A stretch of DNA of 64,000 nt from Allosphingosinicella sp. (GTDB taxonomy: Bacteria; Pseudomonadota; Alphaproteobacteria; Sphingomonadales; Sphingomonadaceae): the NCBI GenBank assembly GCA_035628635.1, contig DASPJJ010000033.1:128889-192888 (forward strand), in the 5' to 3' direction. The translations under genes and the position numbers were made by a program. Each line of letters starts with the position of its first letter. The stretch's first letter is position 1. Positions 24,443-34,200 of this stretch are shown piece after piece. The notes beneath the pieces are model-generated. The model ran no database searches and was not told the origin of the DNA. It worked only from the letters and a program-made list of their open reading frames with translations.

Positions 24443-26247
24443 CGGTCCCCGCCGCCGGCGGCCGCGCCCTTCACCGCATGCTGCTCGGCGAGCTCGGTGA
24501 GGCGCAGGAACTCGCGCCGCCACCAGTCGCCGCCGGCGGCGCTCTGGGCAAGCCGCCGGGCGTCGGCGAAGCCGAACTGACCGAGCCAGGGATCGCCGCG
24601 CAGCCGCTGGCCGTAGGCAGCGACCGCCGCCGCGAAGGCGCTGTCGCCCCGAGGCGCCCGCGCGCTCGCCACCAGCGACGCCGCCAGCGGCCGCTCGATC
24701 AGCCGCGACCGGTCCTCGCCGGGAAGCTTGTAGCGCAGCCGGAGGAAGGCGAGCTCTCCGTTCGCTGCGCCCGAAGCCTGGGGCCGGTTCTCCGGATAGC
24801 GGCGATCGGGCCGCCAGCCGCGGTTCCCTGCCGGGACAATCTCGTAGAGCGCGGTGACCTGATGCCCCGCGCCGATCTCCCCCGCGTCGACCGCGTCATT
24901 GTCGAAATCCTGCTCGGCGAGCGCCCGGTTCTCGTAGCCGATCAAGCGATACTCGCTGACGTAGAGCGGGTTGAACTCGACCTGGATCTTCACGTCGTGG
25001 GCGATGGTGAACAAGGTCGAGGCGAGTTCCTGCTGGAGCACCTTCTGCGCCTCGCGCGGGCTGTCGATATAGGAATAGTTGCCGTTCCCGTGGTCGGCGA
25101 TCTGCTCCATCAACGCTTCGTTGTAATTGCCCGTGCCGAAGCCGAGCGTGGTCAGGGTGATGCCGCTCGCCCGCTCGCGCTCCACCATGTCGATCAGCGT
25201 CTCGTTGTTGGTGACGCCGACATTGAAGTCCCCGTCGGTGGCGAGGATGACCCGGTTGATCCCGCCTTCGATCAGATTCTCGCGCGCGGTGCGGTAGGCG
25301 AGCTGAATTCCGGCACCGCCTGCGGTCGAGCCGCCGGCGCGCAGCCGTCCGAGCGCCTTCTCGACTTCGGTGCGGTCGCCCGTCGCCGGCAATACCAGCC
25401 CGGCGGCGCCGGCATAAGCGACGATCGAGATGCGGTCGCGCGGCCCCATCTGCCGGGCCACCAGCGCCAGCGAGCATTGCACGAGCGGATGCTTGTCCGG
25501 CGTGTCCATCGAGCCGGAGACGTCGACCAGGAAGACGAGGTTCGCCGGGGGCCGCTCGGCGCGCGGCAGATCGTAGCCGCGCAGCCCGACCCGCAGCAGC
25601 CGGGTGTCGCCATTCCACGGGGTCGTCGTCATGTCGGTGGTGATGCTGAACGGCCGGCTCCGGTCGCGGGGCGCCGGATAGTCGTAGCGGAAATAGTTCA
25701 GCATCTCCTCGGTGCGGACCGCAGCCTGGGGCGGCATCTCGCTCTGGCCGAGCATCCGCCGCACATTGGCATAGCTGCCGGTGTCCACGTCGATCGAGAA
25801 GGTCGAGACCGGCGCCTCGGCGACCGACTGCACGGTCGCCACAGGCTCGCCGGCATAACGCTCGCGATTCTCCGGCGGGGGCACGCTGACGAACCCCTGC
25901 ACCGAGGGCGCGGTCGGCATCGCCGCGACCGGTGGCGGCGGCGGCGGCGGGGGAGCCTGCGGCGCCGGCAGCGAGGGCGTCGACATCCTCTGCTCCATCG
26001 GCGCCGGAGCGACCTGCGGCTGGGCCCGCCGTCGGCTGACATTGCCGCGGCCGCGGCCGGAGCCCGCCCAGTCGTCGCGGTCGGCGCGGAACTGCTCCAT
26101 GAAGGGCCTGCAGAGCTCGTCCGGGTCGTCCGCCGGGCGGACGGAACGGTCGGCATGGGCGGGTCCGGACGGTTGTGCGGGCGCGGGCGCGCTCATCGGC
26201 GAGGCGAGGACGAGGGCGGTCATCGGCAGCAACGCGAGGTAACGCAT
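24439..26247 (-). CDS. Secreted VWA-domain protein (YfbK-like)
   Basis: Signal peptide, Pro-rich linker, STFSIDVDTGSY, DVSGSM MIDAS, ATDGDFNVG. Confidence 0.9.
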   Translation of the reverse strand: MRYLALLPMTALVLASPMSAPAPAQPSGPAHADRSVRPADDPDELCRPFMEQFRADRDDWAGSGRGRGNVSRRRAQPQVAPAPMEQRMSTPSLPAPQAPPPPPPPPVAAMPTAPSVQGFVSVPPPENRERYAGEPVATVQSVAEAPVSTFSIDVDTGSYANVRRMLGQSEMPPQAAVRTEEMLNYFRYDYPAPRDRSRPFSITTDMTTTPWNGDTRLLRVGLRGYDLPRAERPPANLVFLVDVSGSMDTPDKHPLVQCSLALVARQMGPRDRISIVAYAGAAGLVLPATGDRTEVEKALGRLRAGGSTAGGAGIQLAYRTARENLIEGGINRVILATDGDFNVGVTNNETLIDMVERERASGITLTTLGFGTGNYNEALMEQIADHGNGNYSYIDSPREAQKVLQQELASTLFTIAHDVKIQVEFNPLYVSEYRLIGYENRALAEQDFDNDAVDAGEIGAGHQVTALYEIVPAGNRGWRPDRRYPENRPQASGAANGELAFLRLRYKLPGEDRSRLIERPLAASLVASARAPRGDSAFAAAVAAYGQRLRGDPWLGQFGFADARRLAQSAAGGDWWRREFLRLTELAEQHAVKGAAAGGGDR

Positions 26248-26268
26248 CGGACATCCTCCAATAGAAGG

Positions 26269-26285
26269 ATGTAATGTTATCACAT
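26269..26285. promoter_or_regulatory. Zur-box-like palindrome
   Basis: ATGTAATGTTATCACAT, about 20 nt upstream of the VWA gene start. Confidence 0.45.
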
Positions 26286-26319
26286 TCTGAAAGGCCTGCA
26301 ACCCGACATATGTCGGGCG

Positions 26320-28332
26320 CTAGGCCGCGGCGCGCCGCGATCCTGCGGCGAGCGGCACGACGCGCGATTCGGCCAGTGCGCGCGCCGCGACCGCCCCGAG
26401 TGGGTGCGAGAGCAGGAAGCCCTGGCCGTAGCGGCAGTGGAGTTGCTTGAGCACGGCGAGCTGCGCCTCGGTCTCGACATGCTCCGCGACGCAGGGCACG
26501 CCGAGCGACGCGCACAGCTGAACGACGCCGCGCAGCAGGCGCAGCGCCGAAGGCGTCTCGGCGGCCGCGACCACCAGCGAGCCGTCGAGCTTGATCGCAT
26601 CGAAATCGATCTCGCGAAGATAGGAGACCGAGGCATAGCCGGCGCCGAAATCGTCGAGCACGATCCGCGCCCCTGCCTCCCGCAGCAGCCTCAAGTTGGT
26701 CCGTGCCGAATCGAAGTCGACCAGCAAGGCCGTCTCGGTCACTTCGAACTGCAGCCGCGCCGGATCGAGCTTCGCCGTCGCGAGGGTCTCCAGGATGCGC
26801 CGCGCCGCGTCCGTCGAGCAGAGCTGGACGGCGCTGAGGTTGAACGAGAGCAGCACCGAGTCGGGCCAGTGCCGCGCCTCCAGCGCAGCCCGTTCGAGCA
26901 GGGTCGCGCCGATCGCCTCGACGGCATGGATCTGCTCGGTGATCGGAATGAACTCGCCCGGCGAGATCGGCCCGAGCTCGGGATGATCCCAACGGGCCAG
27001 CGCCTCGAAAGATTGCAGCCGTCCGCTCTCCAGCTCCCAGATCGGCTGGAAAGCGAGACGGACCTGCTCGTGCACCGCGGGATCGCGAAGCGCGCGCTCC
27101 AGAGCGGCGCGGCGGCGCGTCACTTTCTCCATCTCGCGCGTGAACAGGGCATATTCGCCGCGGCCGCGCTGCTTGGCGCGGTACAGCGCGGTATCGCAGC
27201 GGCCGAGCGCCAGCGGCAGGTCGCGGTCGTGCGGTTCGATCAGGAGCAGCCCGCAGCCTCCCGACAGCCGGAACTCGCGGCCCTCCACCTCGTAGGGACG
27301 CCTCAGCTCGAACGCGACACGGGCCCCGAGCCGCGCCGCGGCGGCGCGGCCGGCGCAGCTCGGCACGAGTAGCGCGAATTCGTCGCCGCCCATGCGCGCG
27401 GCGAGGCTGCCGGCGCCCCCCGCCTTGCGCAGCCGATCGCCGACCTGGCGCAGCACGGCGTCGCCTGTAGCATGTCCGAACGTGTCGTTGATCGGCTTGA
27501 ACCCGTCGAGGTCGACCATCGCCAGGGTCACGGCGCGGTCGCGCCCTTCGACGGCTACGATCGCCTCCAGCAGAGAAAGAAAAGCGCGACGGTTGGCGAG
27601 ACCGGTCAAGGGATCGGTGTCGGCGACTTCCCGGACCCTTGCCTTTTCCGCCAAGGCGGTCACCTCGGCTTTCTGCGCCCGCTCACGCTCGGCTTCGACC
27701 TCCGAGCGCGAGCGCACGAGCTCCGTATAGCCGCTGTTGTGGATCTCCAGCAGCCGCCCGATCAAGAGGGTGATGAGACCGAGACTGATGCCGACCGCGA
27801 TGTGCCCCGTTCGTCCCGACAGCACCAGAAAGGTCGCGAGGGGCAGCGCGAACAGCAGCAAGGGAAGCCGCGCCGCGCTCGGGAAGCTCGACAGGCCGTA
27901 GGCGCAGCCGATCGCGGCGAGGCTGGCGAACAGGACGATGTAATTCTGCTGGGCGGGGTCGCCGATCGCGAACAACTGGATCGCCCAGTAGCAGAACATC
28001 GCGCTGAACGCGGCAGCGAGCAGCCAGGTCTTGATCAGTTCGGCGAGGATCCGCTCAGGCGGCAGCGACCGTGAGCGTGTCCGCATCCAGTAAGCGAGGC
28101 GGACGACGACGATCAGCATGATCAGGTTGACCGGATGACTGACCCGGTCGAACTCGGTCGCTTCCACGGCGAGGTGGAGGCCGATGAAGTTCCCCAGCGC
28201 GATGACGTAGAGCAGGGGGATCTGGCGCTGGAGTGCGCGGTAGCGCACTTCGAGCAACGACCGCCCGAACGGCGTCGCCGCCTCGCCGATGCCCAGCACA
28301 CGCGCCGCCCTCGCCAGAAAATCCCGCCCCAT
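26320..28332 (-). CDS. Membrane GGDEF/EAL diguanylate cyclase/phosphodiesterase
   Basis: N-terminal TM helices; intact GGDEF, EAL and DDFGAGY. Confidence 0.93.
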   Translation of the reverse strand: MGRDFLARAARVLGIGEAATPFGRSLLEVRYRALQRQIPLLYVIALGNFIGLHLAVEATEFDRVSHPVNLIMLIVVVRLAYWMRTRSRSLPPERILAELIKTWLLAAAFSAMFCYWAIQLFAIGDPAQQNYIVLFASLAAIGCAYGLSSFPSAARLPLLLFALPLATFLVLSGRTGHIAVGISLGLITLLIGRLLEIHNSGYTELVRSRSEVEAERERAQKAEVTALAEKARVREVADTDPLTGLANRRAFLSLLEAIVAVEGRDRAVTLAMVDLDGFKPINDTFGHATGDAVLRQVGDRLRKAGGAGSLAARMGGDEFALLVPSCAGRAAAARLGARVAFELRRPYEVEGREFRLSGGCGLLLIEPHDRDLPLALGRCDTALYRAKQRGRGEYALFTREMEKVTRRRAALERALRDPAVHEQVRLAFQPIWELESGRLQSFEALARWDHPELGPISPGEFIPITEQIHAVEAIGATLLERAALEARHWPDSVLLSFNLSAVQLCSTDAARRILETLATAKLDPARLQFEVTETALLVDFDSARTNLRLLREAGARIVLDDFGAGYASVSYLREIDFDAIKLDGSLVVAAAETPSALRLLRGVVQLCASLGVPCVAEHVETEAQLAVLKQLHCRYGQGFLLSHPLGAVAARALAESRVVPLAAGSRRAAA

Positions 28333-28353
28333 GAGCCCGCTCTAGGACCTGCC

Positions 28354-28370
28354 GGTTAATGACGGATTTA
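28354..28370. promoter_or_regulatory. CtrA-like site
   Basis: Minus strand TAAA-TCCGTCA-TTAACC, near TTAA-N7-TTAA, upstream of the GGDEF/EAL gene. Confidence 0.45.
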
Positions 28371-28391
28371 GGCCGGCATTGCGGCGAGCAA

Positions 28392-28790
28392 TCAGGGTTC
28401 GACCCGCCGCATCGGCAGGGCCGCCAGAATCTGACGGCGCAGCTTTTGCTCGTGAGTGAAGCGGCCGGTGCTGCGTGCCTCGGCCCGCTCGACCAACAGC
28501 CGCGCCAGCACCGTCTCGTCGTCGAGCTTGGCCGCGGTGCAGCGGCCGAGATCGATCGGCACGATGAACTTGGCGCCGATCTCGCCGCTCCTCCGCCAGG
28601 TCACCTGCGCATCGATCTCGCCGAGGCCGGGAAGGTCGATCCTGACCGGCGAGCCGCACAGGATCGTCGCCTCGCATTCGGCCCGGAAGCCGGTCTCGGA
28701 GAGGTCGACCAGCCGCACTTCGAGGCTGCTCCACTCATTCGGGCGGAGCCTCGTCTTCTCGTCGACCGGCATTCTCTCGCTACGGCGCAT
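28392..28790 (-). CDS. PilZ domain protein
   Basis: RRSER and DLSETG motifs. Confidence 0.8.
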   Translation of the reverse strand: MRRSERMPVDEKTRLRPNEWSSLEVRLVDLSETGFRAECEATILCGSPVRIDLPGLGEIDAQVTWRRSGEIGAKFIVPIDLGRCTAAKLDDETVLARLLVERAEARSTGRFTHEQKLRRQILAALPMRRVEP

Positions 28791-28915
28791 TCCTCACCCC
28801 TGCGATTCCAGCCCACCGCTTAACCCGCCGAGGGTTAACCAATTGCTGATCGACGCGTTGGCAAATCGGTAAGCCTTTAAAGTGCATAAGCTGGCCAAAA
28901 GCGTGGGGGCACGGG

Positions 28916-29341
28916 ATGCACGGAGTGAGAAGCGCCATCAAATCGGGCGAGGCGGCGAGCGCCTCGCTGGTCTCGACCAAGGAGAGCTGCCGCAGGACCG
29001 GCGGCGGCAGCCTCGTCAGCCTGCGCATTGCGCGCGAGGAGCGACGCGCAACGGACCAGCGGCGCGAAGACCGCCACTGGGGCGTCGTCGACCGCGCCAT
29101 CCTCCTCTTCCGCCGCAAGAAATTGCTGGTCCGCGTGGTCAATATCTCTTCGAGCGGGATCATGATCGAGGCCGACCTCATGCCCCGGATCGGCGAGGCG
29201 GTCACGATCGAGTTCGAAGGTTTCGAGCGGCTTGCCGCCGTCGTGCGCTGGATCAAGGCGGGCCGGATCGGGCTCGACCTGGGCGACGGCAGCATCGATC
29301 TCGGCTCCGCGCCGATTGCCGGCACCACGCCGCGGCTCTAG
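28916..29341 (+). CDS. PilZ domain protein
   Basis: QRREDR and NISSSG motifs, AVVRW. Confidence 0.78.
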   Translation: MHGVRSAIKSGEAASASLVSTKESCRRTGGGSLVSLRIAREERRATDQRREDRHWGVVDRAILLFRRKKLLVRVVNISSSGIMIEADLMPRIGEAVTIEFEGFERLAAVVRWIKAGRIGLDLGDGSIDLGSAPIAGTTPRL

Positions 29342-29853
29342 CGCCCTTCCGGAGCGTCTCTGTCCTCACCCTCGGCGAAGATGGTTTCGCGCGCCAGCTT
29401 CAGCTCGCGAATCGCCGCCGCGGTCGTCGATCCCCAGAGGAGATGCGCGCCGATCATCAGCGCGTTGCGCCGCGCGGGATGCTCCGTCGCCGGCTCCAGC
29501 GTCCCGATCGCCGGTATCCAGCCCATGTAGCTGGCCAGCCAGACGACCGCCCCGGCCATCGCCCCGCCCCGTTTCGACGGATCCGGGTTCATTGCCGAGA
29601 TCAACGCCCCCATCGCGGCGCCGTAAAGGAAGTGGGCTGCGGTCGTGACGTCCATCGCCGCCTCGCCGGCGACGGGCCGGTGGAGCTGCTCGCCGACCCG
29701 GTCGACGACCTCCCGCGGCGTCAGCGGATAGCGCTCCTTGCCCGGGAGGCGCGCGTGGAGCCGCCGCATCGCCGCGGTCATCGCCATCGTCCCGACGAAG
29801 CCGGCGATCGCGCCGATCACCAGCCGGCTGGCGAGGCGCGGGCTTCGGCTCAC
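29338..29853 (-). CDS. Hypothetical membrane protein
   Basis: GAIAGFVGTMAMT, HFLYGA, AHLLWG; GTG start overlaps the upstream stop. Confidence 0.75.
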   Translation of the reverse strand: MSRSPRLASRLVIGAIAGFVGTMAMTAAMRRLHARLPGKERYPLTPREVVDRVGEQLHRPVAGEAAMDVTTAAHFLYGAAMGALISAMNPDPSKRGGAMAGAVVWLASYMGWIPAIGTLEPATEHPARRNALMIGAHLLWGSTTAAAIRELKLARETIFAEGEDRDAPEGR

Positions 29854-30335
29854 CGGCTGAGCCACGCGAGCTCCGGCCGCGCGATCATCAGCCAGAAGAT
29901 GGCGAGCACCGCGGCGAAGGCAGGGAATCCGAACGCGAACCACCAGCGATAGAGCCGGTGATAGCGCTCCGGCAGCGGCTCCCCCGTCTCCGCCGCGGCC
30001 TGCGCCAGATTCCTCATTTGCGACTGCATCCACACCACCGGCAACCAGAATGCCCCGGTGAGCAGGTAGAGCCCGATAGAGGCGATTATCCAGCCCTCGT
30101 CGAGCGAATATCCGACGCTGTTCGCGAGCAGCAGCCCGGTGACGGGCTGCGCGACCACCGCCGTCGCCGTGAACAGATAATCGGCAGTCACCACGATCCG
30201 TGCGATGCCGGCGATCAGGCGCGCATCGCCGCTGCGGTGCGCCATCAGCATGAAGAAAGCGATCCCCGCGCCGGTGCCGAGCAAAACGGTGGCGCCGATC
30301 ACATGGAGATATTTGAGGACGAGATATTCGGTCAT
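29850..30335 (-). CDS. DUF2269 family membrane protein
   Basis: LKYLHVIGATVLLGTGAGIAFF, QPVTG, WLPVVWMQ. Confidence 0.88.
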   Translation of the reverse strand: MTEYLVLKYLHVIGATVLLGTGAGIAFFMLMAHRSGDARLIAGIARIVVTADYLFTATAVVAQPVTGLLLANSVGYSLDEGWIIASIGLYLLTGAFWLPVVWMQSQMRNLAQAAAETGEPLPERYHRLYRWWFAFGFPAFAAVLAIFWLMIARPELAWLSR

Positions 30336-31627
30336 CTGTCGTCCAGGATAGCAAGGCAGACCAGGTTCAGCACCAGGATCGGCCAGATCTTCATCATCGG
30401 CCCCAGGGGGTCGGCCCAGAGATGCGGCAGCAAAAGCGTCCCCGCGGCGATGTAGAAGAGCGAGATCAGGAAAGCGGCGGCGAGCCCCAGCCTGGCCGTC
30501 GGCCGCCAAAGGATCAGCGCAGCAACGATGAGGTCGACTATCCCCCCGGCGATCGTGCTGATCTCGGCCCAAGCCGCCGCGTCGGTTGCCCGCATCGTCG
30601 CGACGGCGCGGCCGTAGCCGGGCCCGAGCGAAACCAGGCCGGTCATCAGCCAGAACAGAGCGAAGACGCCGATCGCCAGAGGCTTCAGCAGATAGAGGCG
30701 CGCGAACCAGCGCTCCTGCACCGAGGCGGGCTCCGCCGCCAGCGCCGCCGACAGCGACACGGGCTCGATTCCTGTGACGCGCCGCCATTCGCTTCCGTCG
30801 CCGGCCGCCCCGCGGACGATCTCGCGGCGCGCGGTCGTCCGGATCGGCGGCCGCCAGCCGAGCCGGCCGATCAGGTCACCTATCCGGTACGCAGCACCCA
30901 TCGCCCAGACGGGAGCGGGCACGAGCCGCGCAGGCTTCCAGCCCAGCCAGCGCCGATAGAGCGCGATCGTCTGCTCGAAGCTCAGCCGATCGGGCCCGGC
31001 GAGATCGAGTGAGATTCGCGACGGCGCGTTTGGCCGAAGCAGCCGCGCCACCGTCTCCGCGACGTCGTCGAGCTGGACGATGTCGAGCGGCCCCGCCTCC
31101 GGCGTGCGCGGCAGCAGCGGGAGCGCGGCCAGACCGCGGAACAGCGCGCTGCCGCCATAGGCCTGCCGCCCGACCACGACCGACGGCCGCAGGATCGCCC
31201 AGTCGAGCCCGCTCGCCTCGAGCGCCGCGTCGCCCCGGCTCTTGCTCTCCGAAAATGCAGAGACGCCGCCCTGATCGACGTTCATCGCCGAAAGCTGGAC
31301 GACCCGCCTCACCCCGGCCGCCTCGCAGGCCCGCCACAGGGATGCGGGCCCGCGCACATGCGCGGCCTCGAGGTCGTCGCGTCCGCCCTGTTGCAGCGCC
31401 CCGGCGCAGTTCACGACCGCGTCGATCCCGGCGAGGTGCGGCAGCCAGTCCTCCGGCCCGCGCACGGCGCGCAGGTCGAGCCGGACCCAGCGCGCCGCCG
31501 CGACCCGCCGCGTCTCGACCCCGCCGATCCGGCGGGCCACGCCGACCACCTCATGCCCCTCGCGCGAAAGCCGGGCGGCGACCGCCGATCCGATCAGGCC
31601 CGTCGCGCCGAGGAGCAAAAGCCTCAT
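30332..31627 (-). CDS. NAD-dependent epimerase/SDR with C-terminal DoxX-like domain
   Basis: GATGLIG, VVNCAG, RPSVVVG; C-terminal TMs with DPLGPMMK. Confidence 0.88.
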   Translation of the reverse strand: MRLLLLGATGLIGSAVAARLSREGHEVVGVARRIGGVETRRVAAARWVRLDLRAVRGPEDWLPHLAGIDAVVNCAGALQQGGRDDLEAAHVRGPASLWRACEAAGVRRVVQLSAMNVDQGGVSAFSESKSRGDAALEASGLDWAILRPSVVVGRQAYGGSALFRGLAALPLLPRTPEAGPLDIVQLDDVAETVARLLRPNAPSRISLDLAGPDRLSFEQTIALYRRWLGWKPARLVPAPVWAMGAAYRIGDLIGRLGWRPPIRTTARREIVRGAAGDGSEWRRVTGIEPVSLSAALAAEPASVQERWFARLYLLKPLAIGVFALFWLMTGLVSLGPGYGRAVATMRATDAAAWAEISTIAGGIVDLIVAALILWRPTARLGLAAAFLISLFYIAAGTLLLPHLWADPLGPMMKIWPILVLNLVCLAILDDR

Positions 31628-34113
31628 TCGTATCGCAGTGCGTGGATCGGATTGGTCCGGGACACCTTGAACGCGTGGCCGGCAATGGTGCCGATCGCGA
31701 TTGCGAGGGCGAGGAAGCCGGCGATCAGGAACGGGGTCAGCCCGAGCGAAATGCGCGCGTCGAAGCCTTGCAGCCAGCCATGCATCACCCAGGCGGCGAC
31801 AGGCCAGGCGATGACGTTCGCGAGCATCACCGGCTTGGAGAACTGCCAGGCAAGCAAACCGATGATGTCGCGGCTGCGGGCGCCGAACACCTTGCGGATC
31901 CCGATCTCCTTGGTGCGCCTTTCCGCGGTGAAGGCGGCTAGGCCGAACAGCCCGAGGCAGGCGATCACCACGGCCAGCAGAGCGAAGCCGGCGAACGCCT
32001 CGCCGCGCGCCCGCTCGGACGCGTAGACCGCGGCGAGCTCCTGGTCGGCATAATCCGCCTCGAACGGCACTTCCGGCGCCAACCGCCGCCAGATCGCCTC
32101 GATCTCGCGCCGCACCCGTTCGGGATCGCCGGCCCGGTACCGGATCGCGAGATTGTTGTAGATTCGCCGGTCGAAGAAAATCTGCGGCTCGATCGGGTCG
32201 CGGATCGATCGGAAGCGGCTGTCGCCGACCACGCCGACGATCGTCACCGGCATCAGCCCCATTTCCGGCCCGAACATCGGCACGCGCAGCTGCCGGCCGA
32301 GCGCGGCCTGGGGATCGGAATAGCCGAAGCGCCGCGCGGCCGACTGGTTCACGACCACATTGGCGCCGCGCGCGACCATCACCCGCTGTGCCGCCAGCGC
32401 CGCCTCTGCGGGATCGAGCGGCACGGAGGCGTCGTCCTGCGCGAAGGCGCGCGACAGCGGCCGCCCCGCCAGCATCCGCACTCCCAGGGTCTCGAAGAAT
32501 TCGGGCGAGACGCTGTAGAAGCCGACCACCTCCGGCTCCGCCCGGCCGGGGACCGACACGCTCGTCGTCAGGACGCTTTCCATCGCGGCGCGCAAATTGG
32601 TGCCGGCGACGCTCTCCACCCCGTCGATCCGGGCGATCTGGCGCATCAGCGTCTCGGTCTGGGGAATGACCGCGGCGCGGTTGGCGTTGGCGACCTGGAT
32701 GAGGCCGTCGCGGCGGAAGCCGAGATCGGCATTCTGCGCGTAGCGAGTCTGCGTCCAGACCACGAGCGTGCAGACGATGAGGCCGATCGAGACCGCGAAC
32801 TGGGCCACGACCAAAGCCATTCTGAGCCGCCCCGTGCCGAGCGGCTCGGCGCTCGACTTGTTGGCCTTCAGCACCTCGGCGGGCTGGTAGCGCGACAGAT
32901 AGAATGCGGGGTAGATGCCGCCGGCCACGGCGACGACGCACCACAAGGCGAACACCGGGATCGCCAGCCCCTCGGCGCCGAACCAGCGGGCGTCGAGATC
33001 GGCGTCGAGGAAGGCGGCGAGCCAAGGCAGCGCAAGCTCGACCATCACCAAGGCGAGGAGGACCGAGAGCGCCGTCACCAGCGCCGATTCGGCCAGGAAC
33101 TGCGCGATCAGCTGTCCTCGCGTGGCCCCGAGCACCTTGCGCAGCGCCACCTCGCGCGCTCGCTGGCTTGCCCTTGCGGTCGCGAGGTTGACGAAGTTGA
33201 CCGCCGCCATGCCGAGAATCAGCAAGGCGACCACCACGAAGGTGAGGATGGTGGACCGGTCGTTCCCGGGGCGCTCGAGCGGGCCCGCGGCGCCGCTCAG
33301 ATGGACGTCGCGGACGTTGACCAGCCGCCAGTCGAACCGGTCGCCCTCCCGCCGTTGCTGCCCCCCGACGTCGACCGGCGGGATGGCGCGGCGCTCCCAG
33401 TCCGGCAACTGGCGCTCGATCCCGGCCGGATCGGCGCCGGCCCTCAGCTTCAAATAGACGAAGCCGTTGATGCACCCCCAGCCGCATTCCTCCCTGTCCG
33501 CCTCGCCGAGCCGTCCGAGCATCCGCAGCGCCATGTGGCTGTTCCTCGGCAGATCCTCGAACACGCCGGTGACGCGGAGATTATACTGCTCGCCGCGGCG
33601 GACCGCGGTCACCGTCTCGCCGATCACGTCGATGCCGCCGAAGCGGTTGACCGCCTCGCTGCGGCTGAGGACGAGGGAATCGAGGCTCTGCAGCGCCGTA
33701 TCGGGATCGCCGCGGAGAAATGGGAGCCGCACGATCTGAAGGAAGTTCGCCTCGGTGAGCAGCATCGGCGCGTAGCTCGGCTGGCCGTTTCTGAGGAAGA
33801 CCGGATTGACCTCGTCCATCCGCGCGATCGCTTCGATCTGGGGAAATTGGCGCGCCCAGGATTCGGCGACGATGCCGTGGGTATACTGGTCGAGCGGCGA
33901 CTCGCTCTCGTCGGGATCGAGGCTGATCGTCTGGACCTGGTAGATCCGCTCCGCGTCCGGGATCCATTCGTCGTAGCTGGTCTCGTAGCGGACGTAGACC
34001 AGGATCAGCAGGCAGGCGGCGAGGCCCAGAGCGAGGCCGAAGATGTTGATGAAGGCGTAGGTCTTGCTCCGGGCCAGCGAACGAAGGCCCACTTTCAGAT
34101 AATTGCGCCACAT
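31624..34113 (-). CDS. MacB/FtsX-type ABC permease (5th in operon)
   Basis: MWRNY start, RAREVALRKVLGA, RTKEIGIRK, ends NPIHALRYE. Confidence 0.93.
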   Translation of the reverse strand: MWRNYLKVGLRSLARSKTYAFINIFGLALGLAACLLILVYVRYETSYDEWIPDAERIYQVQTISLDPDESESPLDQYTHGIVAESWARQFPQIEAIARMDEVNPVFLRNGQPSYAPMLLTEANFLQIVRLPFLRGDPDTALQSLDSLVLSRSEAVNRFGGIDVIGETVTAVRRGEQYNLRVTGVFEDLPRNSHMALRMLGRLGEADREECGWGCINGFVYLKLRAGADPAGIERQLPDWERRAIPPVDVGGQQRREGDRFDWRLVNVRDVHLSGAAGPLERPGNDRSTILTFVVVALLILGMAAVNFVNLATARASQRAREVALRKVLGATRGQLIAQFLAESALVTALSVLLALVMVELALPWLAAFLDADLDARWFGAEGLAIPVFALWCVVAVAGGIYPAFYLSRYQPAEVLKANKSSAEPLGTGRLRMALVVAQFAVSIGLIVCTLVVWTQTRYAQNADLGFRRDGLIQVANANRAAVIPQTETLMRQIARIDGVESVAGTNLRAAMESVLTTSVSVPGRAEPEVVGFYSVSPEFFETLGVRMLAGRPLSRAFAQDDASVPLDPAEAALAAQRVMVARGANVVVNQSAARRFGYSDPQAALGRQLRVPMFGPEMGLMPVTIVGVVGDSRFRSIRDPIEPQIFFDRRIYNNLAIRYRAGDPERVRREIEAIWRRLAPEVPFEADYADQELAAVYASERARGEAFAGFALLAVVIACLGLFGLAAFTAERRTKEIGIRKVFGARSRDIIGLLAWQFSKPVMLANVIAWPVAAWVMHGWLQGFDARISLGLTPFLIAGFLALAIAIGTIAGHAFKVSRTNPIHALRYE

Positions 34114-34200
34114 GATCCGCGACTTGCCCCCCCGCCTCCCAGCGGGGGCTAGCATGAAGGCGCGCGCGCCCGCCAGCGGGAAGAAACTGCCGATCTGGAC

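Noticed and set aside
25920-25970. GGC trinucleotide run
   Set aside because: Encodes the poly-proline linker of the VWA protein
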